Assembly: GCA_040400605.1 (NCBI GenBank)
Contig: JBBAPZ010000016.1
Span: 25,677-89,676, forward strand
Direction of reading: 5' to 3'
Origin: Candidatus Sericytochromatia bacterium
Lineage (GTDB): Bacteria; Cyanobacteriota; Sericytochromatia; S15B-MN24; JAQBPE01
DNA: 64,000 bases
The notes beneath the pieces were generated by a model that was given only the letters and a program-made list of their open reading frames with translations, searched no databases and was not told where the DNA came from. Shown piece after piece: positions 59,231 to 64,000 of the stretch. Position 1 is the first letter of the stretch, and every line of letters begins with the position of its first letter. A program made the translations under genes and the position numbers.

Positions 59231-60775
59231 ATGCGCTTCAAGAGGGCGCCGGGGTTGACATTGGATTATTCCAACCAGTTTTTTGCCACACCTGCGACGT
59301 GCGGGTCCAAGTCCTTGCGCGCCGCAGGCTGTATGGCGGTGCTGATGGGCCTTGGGTTGATGTTGTCGTGGCCGCAGCCGGCGTGGGCAGCCAGCACGGT
59401 ACTGGAACGCCCCACATTTGACCGAGACCGCACGGCGCTCGTTTTCGCCTACCGCGGGGCGTTGCCGCGCGTGACCACGGAAAGTTTCGACGGCGGCACG
59501 CGTTGGGTCGCGAATTTCAGCAATGCCGAGGCGCGCAGCGGCGTGGCCTACAAAATGGGTTTGTTTCACCCGTTGGTGACCAGGATCGACGTGCTTCCGG
59601 ATAACGGCGCCGATAAAATCCGCGTGGTGATCTTGCTCAGTCGCCCAGCGCAAATGGCCATTCAGCCAGATGCCCGCACCGGCACCTTGCGACTGGCGTT
59701 GCTTGCAGGCGAAGCCGACTCCTACGCGCGCGATGAAATGGACACGTTAAATCCTCAATCCGACCCGGCACCACAGTCCAAGCCCCCTTCCCGTGCGACA
59801 GGCACGGTTCCTCCACCGATGAGTGCTGCCCTACCACCTCAGATTCAGCAAAACCGGCCCGTACCGGGTTCACCGGCGTCCGGCCAGTATGTTTACCGCA
59901 AAATCATACCGGGCGCCGACCCCAAGGATGTGACCGAAGTTGAGATACGCTCCCCGCGCCGCAAGAACCTGGATATCCAGGATGATCCGAACCGCAAGGG
60001 CGTGAATGTTAACGTGAGCCCGCAAGACGCGTCACCCGATGGGGAATTTGGTTACCAGACGGGGGGTGCTCCAGGATTTGCCTTGCCCGGAGGCCCTGCG
60101 CGCCCGGATGTGAGTTACCGTCCGCTGAGTGCGCTGCAGGCTCATCTGGGCTACGCGACCACGATTGCTGAGCGCGCGCCCGCACTCGGCCTCGAATACA
60201 CGGGTGGTGGATCCGCGATGCTGGCCGCCAGCGCCCAGATGCCCCTCAATAACCAAATCAATGCGCTCATCGGCCTCGAAGGTTTCAATTACTCGGTGCG
60301 TTACGCGCAGTTGCCAGACGCGGTGCTGTCCCAACGCACGGAGATTTGGGGGCAGGCACGCCTCGAATACCTGGCGATTCGGAAACCTTGGGTGCTGGCA
60401 GTTGGTGCGGAATACTGGCTGCGCTACATTCGCGGCAATCACAATGCATTGGCCCCTGTTTTGCCCAGTCTTGCCTTTGCGAGCAACGCGTTCTGGCAGG
60501 GGCCGGCCTTGCAAATGCGTGTCTTTTACCCGTTTTGGAGCAACCTGGCGCTGACTGTTGACGGTGCGATCGCCCCCGGTCTCTTCGGTGGCGGCGACCC
60601 ATCCGTCCAGCTACTGGGCAATCTATGGGGCTACCGTGCAGGCGCCGGCATCAAATGGAGCACACGCCATGTCGCATTGCAACTGGGCTATCGCCATCAA
60701 GGACTCAGCACCTACGATACAGCATACTCTGCGAGTCGCGGAGGACCGGAGGTATCCGCATCATGGCGCTTTTAA
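59231..60775 (+). CDS. Secreted protein with AMIN-like domain, Pro-rich linker and probable C-terminal beta-barrel (start uncertain)
   Basis: Signal ending PAWA; RWVANFSNA...IRVVILL; C-terminal alternating strands ending SWRF. Confidence 0.65.
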   Translation: MRFKRAPGLTLDYSNQFFATPATCGSKSLRAAGCMAVLMGLGLMLSWPQPAWAASTVLERPTFDRDRTALVFAYRGALPRVTTESFDGGTRWVANFSNAEARSGVAYKMGLFHPLVTRIDVLPDNGADKIRVVILLSRPAQMAIQPDARTGTLRLALLAGEADSYARDEMDTLNPQSDPAPQSKPPSRATGTVPPPMSAALPPQIQQNRPVPGSPASGQYVYRKIIPGADPKDVTEVEIRSPRRKNLDIQDDPNRKGVNVNVSPQDASPDGEFGYQTGGAPGFALPGGPARPDVSYRPLSALQAHLGYATTIAERAPALGLEYTGGGSAMLAASAQMPLNNQINALIGLEGFNYSVRYAQLPDAVLSQRTEIWGQARLEYLAIRKPWVLAVGAEYWLRYIRGNHNALAPVLPSLAFASNAFWQGPALQMRVFYPFWSNLALTVDGAIAPGLFGGGDPSVQLLGNLWGYRAGAGIKWSTRHVALQLGYRHQGLSTYDTAYSASRGGPEVSASWRF

Positions 60776-61128
60776 ATCCCGCACACCTGAGCGCACTGGC
60801 ATTCGGTTTGCTCAGTGTCGCCTGCGTCGGCACCGTCACCAACCAGGCCGAGGTGTTCAAGCCTGTCTCAGGCATCATTCTGCTCGAAGTCAAACCACCC
60901 GAGACTGAACCCATCGTGCGCGTCCAGTTTCAGGCCAAAGGCCAGGTCATTGGCGAAGACAACGATTCAAAAGATGGCTTTGGCATCGAACTCGATACCA
61001 CCACCTTGCCCAACGGCGAACTGGTACAAATCGCGGCGGTCGGGGTGCGCAGCAATGGCTCGACGGTTGTGCTACGTGAAAACTTCATCCTGATTGACAA
61101 CAAACCGAGCCCCAGACCATCCAGCTAG
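60763..61128 (+). CDS. Small hypothetical lipoprotein (Ig-like)
   Basis: SD GGAGG; lipobox SVAC; VRVQF...IGED...LDTTTLPNG. Confidence 0.7.
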   Translation: MALLNPAHLSALAFGLLSVACVGTVTNQAEVFKPVSGIILLEVKPPETEPIVRVQFQAKGQVIGEDNDSKDGFGIELDTTTLPNGELVQIAAVGVRSNGSTVVLRENFILIDNKPSPRPSS

Positions 61129-61240
61129 TACCATCCTTTAGCAAGCCTGTTCATTTGTAGGCGTTCACGTCCCCCTGTGAAAACGCGGAATTGCATCACA
61201 TTCAGATGCCGAGCGTGCTGACTTGTGGTTCAGATGCGGC

Positions 61241-61474
61241 ATGAATCCCGATGTCAGTTTTCGCGTGGATCCCCAGCAATTAAACGCCACGAGAGCCAAG
61301 CTGGAGGAACTTGAATTGAGCCTTGGCGCCCTTAATGGCCTTGCAAGCCGTTGTTATGACGACACGTTAATAATGTTGACACGGCAATTGGGGGTGCTTG
61401 GTGACACGACGTGGCGTGCTGGTTTCAGGTCATCCGTGATGCTTTCACCCGATGACGATGAGATACCGTTTTAA
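61241..61474 (+). CDS. 77-aa hypothetical helical protein ending in DDDEIPF
   Basis: Open ORF followed directly by a terminator; weak SD; C-terminus resembles the SSB tail. Confidence 0.6.
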   Translation: MNPDVSFRVDPQQLNATRAKLEELELSLGALNGLASRCYDDTLIMLTRQLGVLGDTTWRAGFRSSVMLSPDDDEIPF

Positions 61475-61490
61475 TGTATAAGGCCACTTT

Positions 61491-61521
61491 CCGCATCCCG
61501 TGACAGGGGTGCGGTCTTTTT
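61491..61521 (+). terminator. Intrinsic terminator
   Basis: CCGCATCCC / GGGTGCGG stem followed by TCTTTTT. Confidence 0.7.
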
Positions 61522-61529
61522 AATGGATG

Positions 61530-61965
61530 CAGTCAAACAAGTCGTGTCGCGTCTCAAAGACGATGTTTGGTACTCACTGAATGTGGGTGGCGCCAGAGCA
61601 GGGCTCCCGAATGCCCGCAGCGTGCAAGGGCAAGCGGGATAAAGGCTGCGACCGGGCCCACCCCGGTAACTGCCATCGTGACAATGACGCAACACCTGCC
61701 GGTCAACGCTGAGCGTGGCACCTCAATCTCGGCAATGACATCTGCACACCCAATTTGCAACCACCAAAAAAACGCGGATTTACACCACCGCTAACAGAGG
61801 GATCCCCCGCGGGGGACAGCGACTCTGTCGACATCTCGTTTCTCCTCCCATCGCGTGAACTGATACAATGGCTATTCAGGCGCGATGGGGCGACTTATGC
61901 CGCGTCCACTAAGTCGGAAAATCTCTCACTAGATGGAGGTGACACCCGGCGCTCCCTGTCAACGT
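61530..61965 (-). mobile_element. Possible highly degenerate, internally deleted IS110-family relic with structured non-coding end
   Basis: GGAGGAG SD + ATG 61834; fragments FFGGCKLG, MAVTGVGPVAAF and SEYQTSS in different frames, in IS110 motif order. Confidence 0.35.
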
Positions 61966-61999
61966 TGCATAATTTGGCACTCGGCATTACGAATCCGCG

Positions 62000-62352
62000 A
62001 GGGCAATCCGGCCGCTAGTTTTAGGCCGGGTGAATTATCTGGGGTCTCGTTCACGCCGCGGCACTGAGGTGCTTGCCATCATCTCGACCCTGGTCGAATC
62101 CGCAAAACGATGTGGGGTTCCGCCGGAGGCTTATCTCTTGGCTGCTGCCGAACATGCACTCACCAAAGCAGGGAATGTGTTGTTACCGGATGAATTTAAG
62201 CGCGAAATCGAGAATCTACGGGCACCGCCCAATACTGGGTGAAAGGGTTGAAACTGATCCGTCCAAAAGACAATACCCCCTGCCAACGAATGGCTAGGGG
62301 GTGAAACTGCTTTGACTTAACTTGTCAACAGACGGGAACGGCGAGTACTTAC
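62000..62352 (+). mobile_element. IS66-family remnant: transposase C-terminus (to 62242) and right terminal inverted repeat
   Basis: RAIRPLVLGRVNYLGSRSRRG...TLVESAKRCGVPPEAYL; end GACGGGAACGGCGAGTACTTAC (IS66 ends read GTAA...TTAC). Confidence 0.85.
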
Positions 62353-62933
62353 CAGCGCTTGCGATTGTAGGTATCCCAAGTCTTTGGGCCATCGATTTTA
62401 TAGCCTTGCTCTATATGCTCAAACACAATCAGTGGATTCCATGCTCGAATATCGCCACCAAGACTGCCGACAAGTCCGTGCTTTAAACTAAACAGCGGGT
62501 CTTTTACGGCGTGCCATTTTTTTAGCATTTCAATCTTGACGGTTTTTCCCGGTGCGGCCAGAACCGAACGCATCGTTTCTCGGGGTGAAGCAAGAGCCTT
62601 CTGACTCGTTTTGAGGTCCCGCTTAACAAGTCGCAGGGCGGCCTCGAGGATGCGCGTGGCACCATCAGCAACCCAAACGGGTGCCTGAACAACCAAAGAT
62701 GGAACGGTAATCGGGGTAGTGACCACAGCCGCGGTCGCACCTGCCGTGCCGATCAGCGCCGCAGCCGCACCAATCTGTGCTGTCAGGATCACATCTTCTT
62801 GAATCTTGGCATCGAAAGGTACGTGCCTGAAATTACCTTCTACAGACCTGAATCTGAGGCCATCGGGAGTGCGTATCACAGGTGCGAACTTATTCGCAGG
62901 CAGCGCACGACGTGAAACAGAAGCAAAATTCAT
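62349..62933 (-). CDS. Hypothetical protein, possibly truncated by IS66
   Basis: SD GAGGA; Ala/Gly-rich hydrophobic segment; stop codon lies inside the IS66 terminus. Confidence 0.6.
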   Translation of the reverse strand: MNFASVSRRALPANKFAPVIRTPDGLRFRSVEGNFRHVPFDAKIQEDVILTAQIGAAAALIGTAGATAAVVTTPITVPSLVVQAPVWVADGATRILEAALRLVKRDLKTSQKALASPRETMRSVLAAPGKTVKIEMLKKWHAVKDPLFSLKHGLVGSLGGDIRAWNPLIVFEHIEQGYKIDGPKTWDTYNRKRW

Positions 62934-63020
62934 CAGAACACATCCTCATTGTTGGTATTGCGTTTCAAATCTGTTATCAAGCTGGTATCTGGTTTGTCAC
63001 CAAAAGAGAGGATTTCTTTC

Positions 63021-63060
63021 TTGTATATTGTTTAATTTCGTCTAAATGTTTGATTATAAG
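63021..63060 (-). promoter_or_regulatory. AT-rich putative regulator/promoter region
   Basis: Minus strand cttaTAAtcaaacattTAGacgaaatTAAacaatataCAA; shares TTAAACAATA with 14401-14410. Confidence 0.35.
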
Positions 63061-63386
63061 CACGGCGCATAACATGGAAAGGCAAGCATGATGGACACCT
63101 GCGTGCTGCAGCGTGTGACTCGTGTTCATGTTCAGGTGTCTGATGAGAGTGTTACTGTTCAGATTGCGAGCCGTTTCAACCACGGTGTTATTGCGCGTGC
63201 TCTGGTTAGGTTGTGAATTGCGGCGGCTATCGCGTTGCAGGCAGAGCGCGCGGGTTATGCATTCACGTGCTTCGTCGTGGTTGTGGGGTCTGCGCTTGGC
63301 TGACTGTGCGTGGCGCGTGATGCGAGCTGCGATCAAAGATGACCCGTCAGGCCTGGGCGGATAGCAACCAGGCAGTGGGGTAGTGC

Positions 63387-64000
63387 CGGAATGTGTCAAC
63401 AAGTTGAGACAATTTTGGTTGGAAAAGTTCCTATGTTTGCTACCTTTTTCAGGGCATTTTGGGGAGGGCCAACTCCTCCGCCTTCGCTTTTGAGGGCTCC
63501 GGCGGGTCGTTGGCGTCTACCCGCGCAGCTAAGGCCGGTGGGTTGATCCAGACTGCCTCAGGAAGTGCCGGTGGTTGAGACACACCCTTTACAAACCGTT
63601 CAGGGTGAGTCCCATAAGCGAAATTGAGGGCTGCCATGCAAACCTGTTGAATCTGCGTTGCTTTGCCATAATGAACCTGTTCGGGGGTAAAATACCCGAT
63701 CCCGCCGTGGTGGTGTTCACTGTTGTATCGGTTGAAAAATTGACGACAGAATGCGTTGGCATCCTCCATCGAGCCAAACGATCCCGGAAACGTCGGGGCA
63801 TATTTAACGGTTTTAAAATTAGATTCTAAAAATGGATTGTCATTGCTCGTGTATGGCCTGGAGTGACTTTTTACCACCCCCAGGTCAGCCAAGAGTTGTG
63901 ACAGTCATCGCCCTGCCGCGATCGGCGTGGATGCATAGTGAACCTGGTGTAATGCCTTGTTTTTCGCACGTCTCTGCGATCATGCGCTCAGCCAAGACGG
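63387..64000 (-). mobile_element. IS3-family element (partial) with frameshifted transposase pseudogene and right end
   Basis: IHADRG, LADLGV.KSHSRP..SNDNPFLESNFKTVKY, HPERFV, WINPP; +1 frame break at about 63902; end TGTCTCAACTTGTTGACACATTCCG (63411-63387). Confidence 0.85.

Noticed and set aside
61790..61965. 6S RNA or tRNA identity for the structured segment
   Set aside because: No T-loop GTTCRA or cloverleaf and no 6S consensus blocks; kept only as a possible IS end
63062..63090. XerC-arm-like GGCGCATAA
   Set aside because: No XerD arm at the right spacing
62977..63402. 141-aa - strand ORF and overlapping 80-aa + strand ORF
   Set aside because: No SD or motifs; the longer ORF starts inside the IS3 end and runs through an AT-rich promoter-like region

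Overview
This is a gene-dense bacterial chromosomal window of roughly 55-60% GC (estimated by eye). Housekeeping genes include a RecQ-family helicase, gdhA, dapF, miaA, rseP, hemL, rsmE, rpmE, secA, prfB with its programmed +1 frameshift, xerD, pgeF, lgt and etfAB. It also carries an ADP-heptose/LPS cluster with IctB-like and DUF4330-like genes, a cobamide lower-ligand operon (bluB-cobT fusion, cobS, cobC), a lipoprotein operon (GH15, FG-GAP protein, CpcT-like protein) followed by a GH31 gene, and a MacAB-TolC-type exporter split across two strands. The last ~2.5 kb holds decayed IS elements (IS66, IS3 and probably IS110). Several cyanobacteria-type families occur without photosynthesis genes, which suggests a non-photosynthetic relative of Cyanobacteria such as Sericytochromatia; this is an inference. 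I saw no rRNA, tRNA or CRISPR array. The best leads are: a 77-aa protein ending in an SSB-tail-like DDDEIPF; the GH15/FG-GAP/CpcT/GH31 surface module; recurring AT-rich ~11-bp-phased TAA boxes upstream of secreted or orphan genes; and a structured non-coding end on an IS110-like relic. All calls come from motif recognition by eye; no database searches were run.
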